From: Podarcis tiliguerta
Lineage: Eukaryota
NCBI GenBank assembly: GCA_965153285.1
Contig: OZ229119.1
Reading direction: 5' to 3' (one strand)
Length of the DNA stretch: 64,000 nt
Shown here: positions 40,260-53,937 of the stretch, piece after piece
Position numbering within the stretch: position 1 is the stretch's first letter
Layout: every line of letters starts with the position of its first letter
The notes under the pieces: model-generated
Database searches by the model: none
What the model saw: only the letters and a program-made list of their open reading frames with translations
Told to the model about the DNA's origin: nothing
Program-made: the position numbers and the translations under genes

Positions 40260-42146
40260 AGAACTGGATAACTACAAAATAAGCAGCAGAACAGCTATAT
40301 CGATTTGCCTCTCAGATTGTAGCAATGTGAATCATTTTTAGTCAAATAAGCCAGAGGAAAAACAAAACAGGATGTACAGGGACCTTGTGGTTATGCTAAC
40401 GTGTTCATGAGGAGATGTTTCCTCAATGCCTGTCCCACGAGTGTACATAGATAATTATAGAGACAACTTTTTAAAGAGGCTGCTTATGTACATTGGTAAA
40501 CTTTAATTCCTTTTCTCTCTTGTCTAGAAGACCACATTCGAAACAACAAGCCCTTAAACCACCGTGTGGCCAAGAAGCCATCCTCTATCCTCCCACAGCT
40601 GGCCACAGCCAGAGTGCTAAAATATAGAAAGTTGCTGTCAGATGTCCTCACAAGACCCTCCAGTTAGTGGAGTAGTTGTCAAGTGTGGGGGCAGAAGATT
40701 TCCTCAAAAAGCTCAAGTCAGCACTTTTGAGAATGTTTGGGACCAACATGTGTAAACACTATGATGGTATTGCTGCAGATATTTAATGGAGAACATATTT
40801 ATTAGACCAGTTCAAACCAGCTGATGATCTGCCTATCCCAGGATGCTATCTGGTATGAACTGGTATGAACCACTAGCTAGTGTGAACGAAACCTTTGCCA
40901 GGAGTTATTGCAAGAAAAATTGACCGCAGCTGCTCCGCTCTAGTTTGTTGCAAGACAATGTCATAGACTAGTGAAGCAGCTGTACAGATGTTCCCCATCC
41001 CATGGAGTGCTTCTGTTTAAAGAACATGTAAAGCTAACATGCATTTTTATCCACAATTGTAGCTTATAGAACATAATTTTAACTGTTGTTTTATTTCATT
41101 ATGCTTTTATTTTATTTTGTTTTTATTGACATTTTAAATGTATATTTTATATTCTTGGTAAACTACTTCAGTATTTTATTTACAGTTAAGCAGTATAAAA
41201 TTCTGTTAATAAAATTAAATACTATGCTTTCTCTAACAGCTCATAATGTGGGGTTGCTGCAAAATTGCATCGCGATTAGGAGAGTTGCTTGGAAGATGAC
41301 TATTGGGTAGTGTCTGTGATGTCATTGATGATGAGCAACACAAGTCCTCCTCCTCCAAAGCCCACTCGTTCAGAAAAGGAGAACTGAAACGGATTACTCT
41401 CAGGGCAAAGTTTGGAGAGGTCTTCATGCCAGTCTTCCTACTGCTCCATACAGCCTTGAGATTTTAGCTGGAATATCATTTGGGACTTTGCTTGGATGAT
41501 AATACTTATTCATGTGCAAGTCCCTGCTTTCTACGTCCAGTGCTCTTAACCTCTGGTACACTAGATGCGTAGTATTCAGCCTTTTGAATATTGAGTTCTC
41601 TTATTTTGGTGTGAGATTGCAGAAGACACCTGTAGGGGTATGACAATCAGAGGAGACACTTTGCTTCTACGACTCTCTGTCCCCTGAGATCCCTTCTTGT
41701 CTTGATGGAACCAAAATGTGGCACGATAGATACTCTGTGGGTGGCTCTTGTGGCTGTTACAGAGGGCAGTCTGGTACGTTCTGGTGGTTCTTGGGAATTA
41801 ATGAGCCAAGACAAGGATTTGGAATTAGAACCAAACCTCTACGTCTACCTCCACCGACCACAAGGCTGAGTCACTTGCCACATAACTAGTTTTTCCAATA
41901 CCACTAACAACCTCCTTATGAAGCAGAAGAGGTAGTGGCTGTCTCAACAGCCAAAATGCCCACTGAAAGGTGTGTACTGATGCATGGAGGTAGGCTGCAT
42001 GACTATGGCAAGGACAGAGAGATAATGCCACCCTAATTTCAATGATCATGGATAGATTAAGATAGAGACTGGGGAAGCGATAAGTTACCATGGAAGATGA
42101 AGGCATCTCTGCCTTGTTGAACAATTAAGAACCTGCTGTGCCCACT

Positions 42147-42276
42147 GGCCTTTGTGTGATGCTGTTTAATGCTGGATCACTACATAATAAGACCACACTC
42201 ACCCATAATTTGATCTACTGAGACCTGGGTGGATGTGTTTTGAGGAGTTGATCTGACCCAACTGTGCCCGCCTGGA
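42147..42276 (+). mobile_element. Degraded L2-like ORF2 endonuclease fragment
   Basis: GLCVMLFNAGSLHNKTTLTHNLI, TETW and LTQLCPPG, separated by frameshifts. Confidence 0.6.
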
Positions 42277-45200
42277 CACTTGGTGCAGCATCAGCACAGG
42301 AGTTTCTGTGCTCCATAGATCTTCCACAACCAGGAAACACCTCTGTCGGAACTGGCTGTGAGAGCCTGTACCCAGTATTGGGCCAAGGAGACACTAAACA
42401 ATACAAACCTTGAGCAAAAACTAGGCTGTAAAACCTACACGTGAGCAGGAATGAGTGTCTTCTAGGTTCCAGCTCAGGGAGGGCAGAGATCTGAGGAGGC
42501 TCCTGTACTCATGGAGGTCCTCCACCCAATTTAGATCTCAGTTGTGTAGAGTTCTAAATCACATGGGGAGCCTCTGTGAGTACAGGTGGACACTTGCCCC
42601 CATCTTCACTTGTAGGTTTACACCTGAGCAGAATGTCTACATTGGGCTACTATAGCAGGGGATTCTATAATCATACACTCTTGGATTATAAGAGGTAATT
42701 AGCTTCAAATGGACTGCACCTGACTGAATCAAATGTAGCACACCAACTTTGTCTCAAATAGGTGATTTAACTTGTGTTGCAGACATGACCTAAGAGCTAT
42801 TCAGCTTTGCGTCAAATAGGTTATTTAAGAGATATGACTTGTTTGAAGTCCCATGGAAAGACAAGAGGAAGTTTCTCCGAAGCACCAGCTCACTGTCTAT
42901 CAGCAGATCCTTGTTCCCTACCAAAATATACAAATAAAAGGTTCAGTTGCATAGCAATTATTTCCAAGGCAGGGCAATGACATCTGTTCAGGAGAGGGAA
43001 TATTGGCTTGAGTTTGAGACACTTTGGTTAAATACCACAGCCTCATCATCCCACACAGCTCCTCTTTCACTGCATTTCACGCCAATGGGAATATTGTTTG
43101 GGATGCAATTGTTAATGTTTTCTTGGGATCCCAGAGGTTTCCAACATAGGCCTTCGTCATGAGCTCTTCTCATCTTCAATGTCCTGAGCTCCTGGAAATA
43201 TGAAGGTCTTATGATGGTTTCCCAGCCCTTTTCTCATCCACAGAAAATATCCCACACTGACGAAGAGATTAAAAAGCCACAGAAAAACTTGCAAGAGGAA
43301 CATGTTAGTATTGATTCTATTTAGTATTGATTCTATTAAATGCTGCCTTTCTTCCATGATGGAATATAAGGCAGAATAAATACATGAAGTTTCCAGGCTG
43401 CCTCCCATCCAGGTCATTACTAAGACCTGCTTCTCATTAGTAAGGCTAATGGATGCGGGTCCATGGGGCTCATGGGGGGCTGCCCCATCCACCTCAGTCT
43501 GGCCTCAGCCAGACTGTTTTTGTCTGGTTGGGATGTGTTATCAAAGAACTTTTGCTTGCCTTGCTAGAGGATAGCAAGGCATGTGAGAACGTTCATAGAA
43601 ATGTGCCTGTTTTAAAATGGTAATATTCACATTTGCTGCTCCACCCTCTTTTTGCCCTGGCCCCACCCCCATTGGCATTTGGCCCTCAGAAAGTTATCAA
43701 GAAGAAAATGTGGCCCTCAGGCTGGACAAGGTTTCCCAGCCCTGCTTAAGGCAGTGGGTTAAGATGCTCCTTTCTCCGCAGGCTTTCAGAGGAAATTATT
43801 TCACCCGATTAGACAAATTGATTCTATTCAGCTGCTGCTACTAAGCATCACTGTTGGATGATTTGTTATGATGGGTTTGGTCCTTTGTGGGTAACAGATG
43901 TACCAGCACTGTCAACAATCCTAGTGAGGTTACCATTCCAGATCGTGAAGCTGGACGGGAGGAGACCTGCTGGAGGCAACCTGCCACATCTCCAAGCGAT
44001 GAGCAGGTGACCATTCAGAGCCAAGGTTGGAGGATACAGGAAACAGAGATTTCCAGTCCTGTTAGTCCTTGCCTTGGGGCCAAAGCCAAGCTAGACTTAG
44101 CAACAACAGATGACACATTTGTTTAAACTTGTCTGTCTGGATCTTGCAGGTGGAATCAAAAGGGGCACTCAGAAAGGTACCTCACAGCTGACCACCCCAT
44201 ATTTTGTTCCCCCTCCAAGTGCTTTTTTCTTCTGTCAAGCTTTAATATCTTCAGCCAAGCTTCATTACATATCTTTAGGTGCCAAGTGAAAATGTTTCTC
44301 TATAACCAGGCCTTTGGCAGATTGAGCATTCGCTGGCCTTTTAAATGTGCTTGTGGGAAAGTGGGGGGTTATTGGTTTTATTATGTATTTTGTGTCCTCA
44401 TTTTGTATTTTTATGTTGTGAACTGCCATGTGATCTTCAGATGAAAATAAATAATATAATGGTGTAGTCGGAACACTGGTTCATCTAAACCAGTGCTGTT
44501 GACACTGACTCCAGTCTTATCTGGAGATGTGAGGGACTGAATATTGGACACATGACGCAAGTGCTCTGTCACAGAGCTCTGGCCTTTCCCCACAGCTGAG
44601 ATGTGCTCAGGTGGCAGAAAAGCTGTTATTGGGACAGACCCAGGTTTAAATAAAGGGGCCTGACACTCTCCTGCCCAGTTAGTTATTATGAGTTGTAGTC
44701 AATGTTTGCCATAGTCTCAGAGCAGATCCGTTGAAATGAATGGACATGACCAACTTGGGACTATTAAATTAAATGAGTCTACTCTGAGGAGGAGCACAAG
44801 GATGAAAAGGCATGTCTAATTTTATGCAAAAAGAAGCAAACAAAAAAACACACACAATAGGATGCGGGGAGGGAGAATATGGTGATTCATATTAGTCACA
44901 CAAGAAACAGCAAGAAGATAGGCAAATCACAGAAAACACAACCCAAGTCTTCCTACTGGAGGGGGTCAAGCTACACATTAGGTTCATGTGGAGTTTCTCC
45001 CTGAATTTTCTTTGTAATTTTTGTTGGAGAGAGCGGTTTGGAAGTTGAGTTTTGAGGTAGAGTTAGCACAATGGTGTTTGCTCCAAGCACATTTAAACTT
45101 GGTTCGATATACATATATCCTCATTCACTTAAGAAAAATAACAAAACGTTCCCCCGGAAGAAACTACAATGCATGGAGATTATTTTTTTGGGTCTGTAAA

Positions 45201-48200
45201 AAATCCTTGGGAGTTACTTTCCCCAACATCAATTTAAACTGATACTAGAACAAGCTTGTGCATCATGTCTGAATACTCTGCTTATGCTCTGTTGCTACTT
45301 AATGTACATACCATAGCAGATCCCACTAAATCCATTTCCCAATGATGTTTCCTGAGCCCAAGAGAGAAAAGCATCCTCAGCCCTCTGAGTACAGAACACT
45401 GAATTAGTTGAGCTTAGTCATATATCCTGGAGGCTCTGTGTTTTGAAACCTTATCCTGCCCTAAAATATGTGGGTGGTGCGTGCTGTTTAATATAAACCA
45501 TGTTTAGTCTCATTCCTCCCCTGCTTTAACAAATCAGAGCGTCCAAACCCCGAAACTGAGAAAGAGACAGCTTCTATTTTGGGTGGGGAATATGTGCCAA
45601 GTCTCAGCCCATGTTTTATTTTTGTTTAATAAATTAACTCTGTCTCAGGGAATTTGTCTGTGGCTGAAAAACAAGGTCCAGACCGTATCATGTTATTGTG
45701 GCTGTGAAGAGGTGTGCATGTATGGGGGAGTGAACTTTATTTCAAGGTAAACACTCTCCAACCTTGTCATCCTTTCTTCGCAAAATCTGTGAAGAGCCTT
45801 GGCTTCATAAACATCACTAACATAGGTTCCTGGTCCGTAAATCACCCACCCACTGGGTTGTCAATACAGCAGTGTAAACAAGATCTGTGCTTGCATCACT
45901 TTTGCATCTGAGCATGTACTTTTATGGCAGCTGACACTGGCCAAATCTTACTTAACGTAGGAGAGCTGAGATTAGACTGTGTGTGTGTAAAGTTGTTTTA
46001 AGGTGGCCTTGTTTTAATTGGCTCAGCAGTCCTGGGAGGGTATTTAATATTCCCCCTTTCACTGCTTCACCAGGGGGATACCTAGGGGTTGTCGAAACTG
46101 GCTCCCACCGAGGTAAAGCTCAAAATCCCCCCCAGATTGCTCTGGCTGTGGAAAGAGAGTTAGTTGTGTAGGGTGAGAGGCATAAGAGGCAGATTGCCTG
46201 GATAACAATTGCCTGGAGTGGGTAAATAGGGTTACAGGACGGCTGGTGTCACTGCCGCTGCCTTTTTTGCAGCTGCTACCAATGGGAGCTTTTAACTTGT
46301 CCCAACTATTTCAAACAGTGAAAAAAAATGGGCAATTTATTAAAAAGGTTTTGTGCCCCGCCCCCGGCATTGCCAACATGAGTTGCCATACATCTGCTCC
46401 TGAACACCCTTCTCCTCTTCCCTGGATAGCTTCAGCCAGAGATGTAGTCCAAAGAATGCAAACATTGCCAATCTCCTCTCTCAACCATCCACCATGAAGT
46501 TGTTCTGCACGGAAGCCCCTGAAATGAATTGCAGCTAAATGAGGGAACTTGTCCCGCTCTCATTGATTTCAGTGGGACTTGGGCTTCCTGGTGGATTGTA
46601 TTCAACAAAGTCAATCGTAGGAAGGTGCTGCTTGTTGAGCTGTATAAGTATTGTTCTCTTGCCTGTCTGATAGCAAGCTGGAGCAGGCCTCCTTCAGATG
46701 CATGTTGCAGCTGGATGGGCAGACATTCCAGGCAGTCTTCAACTCACATGCCAGACCTTCAAACCCTACAGGGTATTGCTTTCAGTAATCCACCTGCATG
46801 GTCTGCATTCAAGACATTTTATTTAGCGCTCTGACGTTTTGAAACCTGCGGCAACACATGAAATTGTGTAGCTGCTCCCATATCAGAGGAACTACAGTAA
46901 TATTTGTTAGCTTGTTGAAAGAGCTGTGAGCTTTATCATCCATCGCATTTTAAAATGTTTGCACCTACGGTATTTCTGAGCGCACACATAAACATGTAAA
47001 GAGTGAATGTTTGTGGGAACAACTATCATAAAGGTCCGTATTTGGAGTCAAACTTACCTCTAAGACCCTGTTTAGTGTGTAATTCAGCAGTAAACCCAGG
47101 TTTGCCTCTGCACAAGGTGTGAACTAGCTTTTAGATGTTGGTTGAAAACTACACTTAGGGAGCTTCAAGAATGTTGGTATTTTTGGCAACTACTTAATCA
47201 TATACCAACTAATTCAGGTTGTGCATCTAAAGCTGATCAGGGCTCTTGTCAACCAAATCAGTTCCAGCAAAAACCAACAACAGATTTTTTTGTAATAAGA
47301 CAGGGTTGAGGAACCTCGGACCCAGGAGCAAAAAACAGCTGTTTGAGTGTTGTTATGTGACCTTTGAGACTCTCTCCAGTCCATTACCACTACCCAGCCA
47401 TACCAGCCTTGAATGTTTTGCCGGTTTGAAATGTTTCCTTGAACTCTTGCTTGCTTGCACAGAGAGGGGTATAGAAACTAGTGTACTGTACAAAGGTAAA
47501 ATTAACATGAACTAATCTGTCCACTTTTATTCTGGCCCCGCCCACCTCTGGTATGCGGCCTCCAGAATGTTGCCCTGAAGAGAATGTGACCCTCAGACTT
47601 AAAAATGTTCCCCCATCCCCGTGATAAGGAAAATAAATGGGAAATGCATTGGAAAGTTTGGGATGCAACATTGTATAACCTCCCTTGCACTTGTTTGATG
47701 CAACATTGTATAACCTCCCTGAAAACATATCAGGATAATATGTCCAATAAACAAGTTGTCTGGTAGGATTCTGGTCACATTCTTAATGGAATAGGCTCCT
47801 TGTTATATTTGGGTTGTTTGGAGGGAGAATACACGAGATGAGCCCAGCATTCAGAGGACAGAGGCCCATTGCCGCCCCTCACTTTGGGTGTTGGCTGCCT
47901 TAGAAGCCTGGGGGCGGGGGGCGGATTATTTAGCTAAAAGTGGGAGAGTCGGAGGAGGCTTGTGGATTTCCTGAAGTGCCCCCTACCTCTTCTCCTATAA
48001 TTCAAACACTGGACAAACCTAATATACAAACAGTTTTTCCCCATTAAAGCTATATGTTTCAGGGCTTTGTTTACACAGCCAGGTATCCTGGGATGACAAC
48101 CACCGAACTCATTCAACCCTCTAGTTTGTTTACACATTCCAGGGATGAATAAAGAATTGGTTTGCTGCAGGAGTTAGACAACTCCCATCAAGGTCAGAGG

Positions 48201-49914
48201 TGCCTAACTAACGTATATTTCATCCAGATTAAGTGATCATGAAAGAGTTCTCCCTGTTGATGGGTAAGCTTACCATTCCTGAGAAAAACAAAATGAGTGA
48301 CTTTAAACGACCCAACATACTCAGCAAGGGTGTGTACTGAAAACATCTGTGGTTCCTTAAAAAGCTAACCTTTGGCACTTGACTCATAAACAAGCTTTAG
48401 GAACTGTTCAAGTAATATGCTTGACACTGAGTGCAGGAGTGCTAGGAAGCAAAGGCCAATCTCATCTTGATATGGATACCTTTGGAATACCCTCATTTCC
48501 CACATTCATAAGTATATTGGTGCATGCAGGAGGAAAACTTCTTGTTATATCTTCCTATATACATAAAAATGTAAGGCCATCATCACGCAGTCGCCACTGG
48601 ACAATTTGTAGTGCCTTATTACACTCCTAGATTTGCATGAAGTCAGGGAATGGGAGGGACACAAAAGAGAAGGCAGGTTTTAAAAAGGCCGTTTTCAACA
48701 ACAGTAGAGGGTTGATTAAAGCGGTGCTGGAGGGACACAGAGGAGCTGCAAGGATACATGCTGGGGGCTTGAAGGAGCTGTGGGGGAATGGGGGAAGTGA
48801 GTGAAGTGTAAAGGGAGGGGTGGTTGGTGGGCAGGGCTGGCGAGCATAAAACTGCAATTTGTGAAGTGATCCTAAGATGCTATTTTGTTGGCACACTGTC
48901 TGCTGTAAGCTGAGGTTAATATCATTGTATCCAGTGGTTCAAAGGCACTTCCAAAGTTTGTTTAAAATGACAACATAATGAGTGGTCCTTATTTAAATCC
49001 ATTACATGCGCAAGAAAATCAAACTCCATTTGAATATAAAAATGTTTGAGGGACTCTTGGTATTTCAGAGACTGAAAAGGGAGAGAAACAGCTGCATCCC
49101 ATCTTGCATTGCTGATCCAGAGGGAGGAAAAGAGTGGAAGCAACAAGTGAGCTCATATTTACACAAAGTACAAAATGAGATATATGCACTGCCTGACTAC
49201 ACCCTGCAGATCATGTGGAATGCTGAAGCCAGCCATGAGAGGAAGCAGCTCACAAAACCCTGCCTGCCTCATTTCCTTGTGCATCTTCTGACTCACTAGT
49301 TGGGGCAGGCTGCCAAGCATCAGGGCCTGAAGGACCATTTCTTGTTGCCTCTTTTCCCTTCTGCCATGCAGGAGAGATACTGACTCCACTATAGGGGCTT
49401 TTCCACAAGGTACCAACACACACACAATCAGTTAGCCGATGAAAGTGGGGAAATAGTGCCAGCTCCCATCAGTTCCCAGGCTGCATTTGTCAGAAGCAGC
49501 TGACATCAAACTTCACACCCTGTTGTTGAATGCACCAAGGATGTGGCAAGAGAGTGAGAGAAACAAGCCTGAAGCTGGAATGCCAAACACAGTTGTGGGA
49601 GGCTAAGTCCCACTGAGCACTAGGGATGAAAGAAGGCATTGTTTTTTGTTTCACGCTGCTTTTGCTGCATGAAGCACTGTTTCCATACCACTACAGTTCA
49701 TCTTCTGCCAAAAATATGTTATTCATCTCACTGTCTGCTGTGGCAAAATTAATTATTTGTGTAAATTTGCTTTAAAGTATGTAAATTATGTTGTCATTAT
49801 ATTATTCGACCCCATTAATTTCAGTGCAAAGGGAACACAGTGAAAATGGGGAAAATATAATCAATTGTTTATCATTTGTGGACTGAAAGCACCAGCAACA
49901 GTGAATACTGATAA

Positions 49915-50110
49915 TTCCGTGCACTCTGGCTTCTGCCACGGTGTTTTGTTGCACCAGAAGCAGTTTAGTCCTGCTTGCCACATGACCCGGAAAGCTGTCT
50001 GTGGACAAACGCTGGCTCCCTTGGCCTGAAAGCGAGATGAGTGCCGCAACCCCATACTCACCTTTGACTGGACTTAACTGTCCAGGGGTCCTTTACCTTT
50101 TATCTTTACC
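49915..50110 (+). mobile_element. Sauria-type SINE, 3' half
   Basis: Reverse-complement match to the 17110-17466 element; ends in TTTACCTTT tail. Confidence 0.75.
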
Positions 50111-51548
50111 TAGATGAAGCAGCATTTGAAAATTAATCAGTTCTTTTTTATTGTCTCTAATTCATGGAATCCAAGTGCCAAAAATTAACTGCCATTAAGC
50201 TGACTGCAAAAAAGAAGCCATACATCTTCAAAGAGCATGCAGTTGGACTGTGGAAGGTATTACCACAGAAGATAATCACGTCAAAATTATTTGGCTAGAG
50301 TTTAGACTCTTTGTAGTTAATGCTATCTATAGTCCTGTGCAGTAAGATAAGATTAGCTGAGCCACGTACTTTAAGGCATAGGAATTTCTTTCTTCTCCTT
50401 ACAAAATGAATAGCAGAATTGGATGAATGAATTTTATGTACCCCTGCCCCATTTTCCATTGATGCAGGAACTTGCCAGAGATGCATTAATGAAAGAAACA
50501 TAATCTAGGCTGATGCATTTTAGGGATTCTGCAAAGATCACATTGCCTCACCTTCATTTTAACTTTTTGACCTATAGTTAGAGGGAATATAACTGCCCAT
50601 AAGTACTATGCATACTATAAATTTTTCGCCAACAGCACCACAATCTATTCCAGATGTAAATCTTGATTTCTTGCCTAAGCATGTATCAGGCTTGAGCTTC
50701 AGGTTGAAATCATATTACTTGAATGGCTTAAGATATCGGGATTGGCAGTTACTCCATTCAGTGAGAAGTTCTCTACCTTATGGTATGATATCCTGGGATA
50801 ACATATGGATTTTGTCCATATGGGTTTGACCTACGCTGGAAAGAAAGAATTGTATGCATTTGAATGCAGTTCCATCGTCGTAAAAATTAAGTATACTGTC
50901 TGCTAAAACATTGTCAAATAGGACTATTTCTGGTGGGGAAAATGGGTACCTGGATGATGTCCATTTTACAACAACAGATGGAGTCCAACTCAATATAGAA
51001 AACATCTGGGAACTTTGAATCTTACGCAATGGGTTGGCCTAAGGCAACCTGGCACAAAGGATAAAAAAGGACTATTTACTGGTATAAAGCAGCTTGTAGT
51101 CCAAAGAATTTCTTATCACTTTTCAAGTCTGGGCAGGAAAATAATGTAGATAAATCACATCTGGCTGCAGAGAATGAGTCAGCTCAGGACATAAATTTGT
51201 GCAAAAGAAACAAGGAGAGGAGAAAGGAAATACAGAGGAGTGAGTACTTCTGATTCATATCCCAATGAGCTATTTGATGTTTTGCCTGGCTTCGCATGTT
51301 CTTACAAGGATTTGATTAGTTGTATGGACCCCTTGTCAAAGCACCAGCAACTATTACAGAGATCAAAATAATGTTGACAGCCCTTAAAAAAACCAAAACC
51401 CCATTCCTTCTTTCCTTCCTTCCTTTCCTGTCCGTAGGAGTAATAGCTTGATTAGTCTGGGGGAGTGTGATGAAGGAATCATTGAGTGGAAGCTAAGTTA
51501 AGAGAATCTATTTACATAATTTCCCCCTAGATGGTGAGCCTCTCACTA

Positions 51549-51774
51549 GAGTGGTACCTCAGGTTACATACGCTTCAGGTTACAGACTCTGCTAACCCAG
51601 AAATATTACCTCAGGTTAAGAACTTTGCTTCAGGATGAGAACAGATATCGTGCTCTGGCGGCGTGGTGGCAGCAGGAGGCCCCATTAGCTAAAGTGGTGC
51701 TTCAGGTTAAGAACAGTTTCAGGTTAAGAATGGACCTCCGAAACGATTTAAGTACTTAACCCGAGGTACCACTG
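51549..51774. mobile_element. Tc1/mariner-type MITE, copy 3
   Basis: Same family as 24254 and 26903; TA flanks. Confidence 0.88.
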
Positions 51775-52053
51775 TATTTAGTCAGAACATCTGCTGTGGT
51801 GCTCACAGGTAATGGTGCACTGCAGGCATGGACAGGTAGCCATCTTCTGTCGTGTGTAATATCTGTTTGCATTGAATGTAGCACATTTGTACTTCCCTGT
51901 TGCTTCCTCACACATCCTGTGGGAGAAAACTCCATTTGGGGGATCAATACAGAGGCTCACACCAAGTTCCCAGTTGGTCAGGCTGGATTGTGCAATGAAT
52001 TACAGGACAGAGTCTAGAGAGTCTGCAAAAACTTTCCATTATGAAACACACTA

Positions 52054-52286
52054 CAGTGGTACCTCGGGGTAAGAACTTAATTCGTTCTGGATATTCATTC
52101 TTAACATGAAACTGTTCATAACCTGAGGTACCACTTTAGCTAATGGGGCTCCCGCTGCCGCAGCCGCGCGATTTATGTTCTCATCCTGAGGTAAAGTTCT
52201 TAACCCGAGGTACTATTTCTGGGTTAGCGGAGTCTGTAACCTGAAGCGTCTGTAACCTGAAGTGTCTGTAACCTGAAGTACCACTG
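52054..52286. mobile_element. Tc1/mariner-type MITE, copy 4 (inverted relative to copy 3)
   Basis: TA|CAGTGGTACCTCGG...GTACCACTG|TA; internal motifs in reverse order. Confidence 0.88.
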
Positions 52287-52741
52287 TATATCAACATGTC
52301 ATCTTGGCTGTTTCATCCTCTCCCCAACCAGCTTCTGCCACCCCATCACCTCACAATCTCTCATCCAACCACAGTCCTTGGAAACACTTACTCAACCCAT
52401 TTTTGTTACTGTACATGCAGAGCCCTCCTTGTACCTTATCTGGAGTTTTTTTATTATTATTCTAACATTCAGCCAGTAGGTTCCTCATAAACTGGTTCTT
52501 GCCAGTTTTGTCATCAGGGCCACAATCTTGTGTACATGACAGTGGCCTCACCGGTAAAAGGTTTTATGGAATTTCTACCTCAGTTTCCATGCATGAAGCT
52601 CTTTTGGGATCACAGGAAGATCTCTTGGAATATGCAGGCAACTGGGTGTCTGCCATTTTTAGGCCCTTCATTTTAGAGTGTGAGTGTGTGGGGGGGAAGA
52701 ATTTCAGGAATCACAATTTCATGCACTACAATCATTTAGTT

Positions 52742-53132
52742 GCGTGGCAATACCCGCCCCCTCCCACATGAGTAGAAATAAAGACACGGACACAAGAATT
52801 AAGGTTAAATGGGCATAAATGGCCACAACTTTATTGATTACAGGTAAGAAAGGTATTGGCATTTAGGCATTGGCCCTAACCAGCTATCCGGTCTAACCGG
52901 GAAGGGTTAAACACCAACAGGGGGAGCCCCCCGAGATGTACATCCGTAGGCGCCCCCCCAGGGGTTACCGCTCGGGGGCGCGCTTTAGGCCCTAGCCTCC
53001 GTAGGTTTCGGACGAGGCGACGCCCCTCGGAGTCCTTTAACGAACTACCCTTCATGATATGGGGGAGGTGATGGCGCTCCTCCCCCCCGTCCACATTTGC
53101 ATGACAATACTGCTGCCAATGCCTAACCGCCA
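52742..53132 (-). repeat. Split direct repeat B2 (391 bp, 3' terminus)
   Basis: Copy of B1; minus-strand AATAAA at 52830-52835. Confidence 0.97.
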
Positions 53133-53296
53133 AAACCAGGAAGTTGTGATGTTTTGCTACGAGGTAGGCGAAAAAACCAAGAGGCTTCAAAACGTAGCCA
53201 ATTAGCCAAATGGAAAAACTCCTACCAGGCCCCTTGCGGCGACCAGCCGAAGCCCATAGCAAAGTCCAGGGCAAACCTAGAGGGAGGGTGGGTGGG

Positions 53297-53519
53297 AAAC
53301 GAGCTGCTGCTGAGGAGAGAAAAGGGGCGAGCCGAGGGCTGCCCCGACCTTATATTGACCTAAGGACCGCCCCCCGAGCCAGCCGATTGGCTGGCCGGGG
53401 GAAACCTAAAGTAATTAGGGGAATCCCGGGGAATCCCGCGGGGCTGACTAGCCCCGCGAGAATGTCGTCGTGGGCGCGTGCCCGCAATCCCACCCCCTCT
53501 CCATATCGGGAGTGGCTTT
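53297..53519 (-). repeat. Split direct repeat A2 (223 bp)
   Basis: Copy of A1, directly abutting B1. Confidence 0.97.
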
Positions 53520-53910
53520 GCGTGGCAATACCCGCCCCCTCCCACATGAGTAGAAATAAAGACACGGACACAAGAATTAAGGTTAAATGGGCATAAATGG
53601 CCACAACTTTATTGATTACAGGTAAGAAAGGTATTGGCATTTAGGCATTGGCCCTAACCAGCTATCCGGTCTAACCGGGAAGGGTTAAACACCAACAGGG
53701 GGAGCCCCCCGAGATGTACATCCGTAGGCGCCCCCCCAGGGGTTACCGCTCGGGGGCGCGCTTTAGGCCCTAGCCTCCGTAGGTTTCGGACGAGGCGACG
53801 CCCCTCGGAGTCCTTTAACGAACTACCCTTCATGATATGGGGGAGGTGATGGCGCTCCTCCCCCCCGTCCACATTTGCATGACAATACCCCTGCCAATGC
53901 CTAACCGCCA
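53520..53910 (-). repeat. Split direct repeat B1 (391 bp)
   Basis: Matches 52742-53132 (offset 778) except 2 adjacent nt; minus-strand AATAAA at 53608-53613. Confidence 0.97.
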
Positions 53911-53937
53911 CCGAGCCAAGGCTCGCCGCCAATACCT

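Noticed and set aside
47662-47720. 24-bp local duplication (also a 19-bp tandem at 12849-12886)
   Set aside because: Ordinary slippage or repair duplications with only two units; not an array or CRISPR.
47900-48005. GC boxes plus TATAA
   Set aside because: No downstream exon structure could be supported.
49068-49146. Exon-like segment RLKRERNSC... (osteocalcin/MGP-like propeptide?)
   Set aside because: No Gla-domain E-x-C-E-x-x-x-x-C motif and no partner exons.
52876-53274. 132-aa ORF and its 99-aa twin at 53654-53953
   Set aside because: The first starts with TTG; the shared peptide only reflects the B repeat duplication; no recognisable domain.
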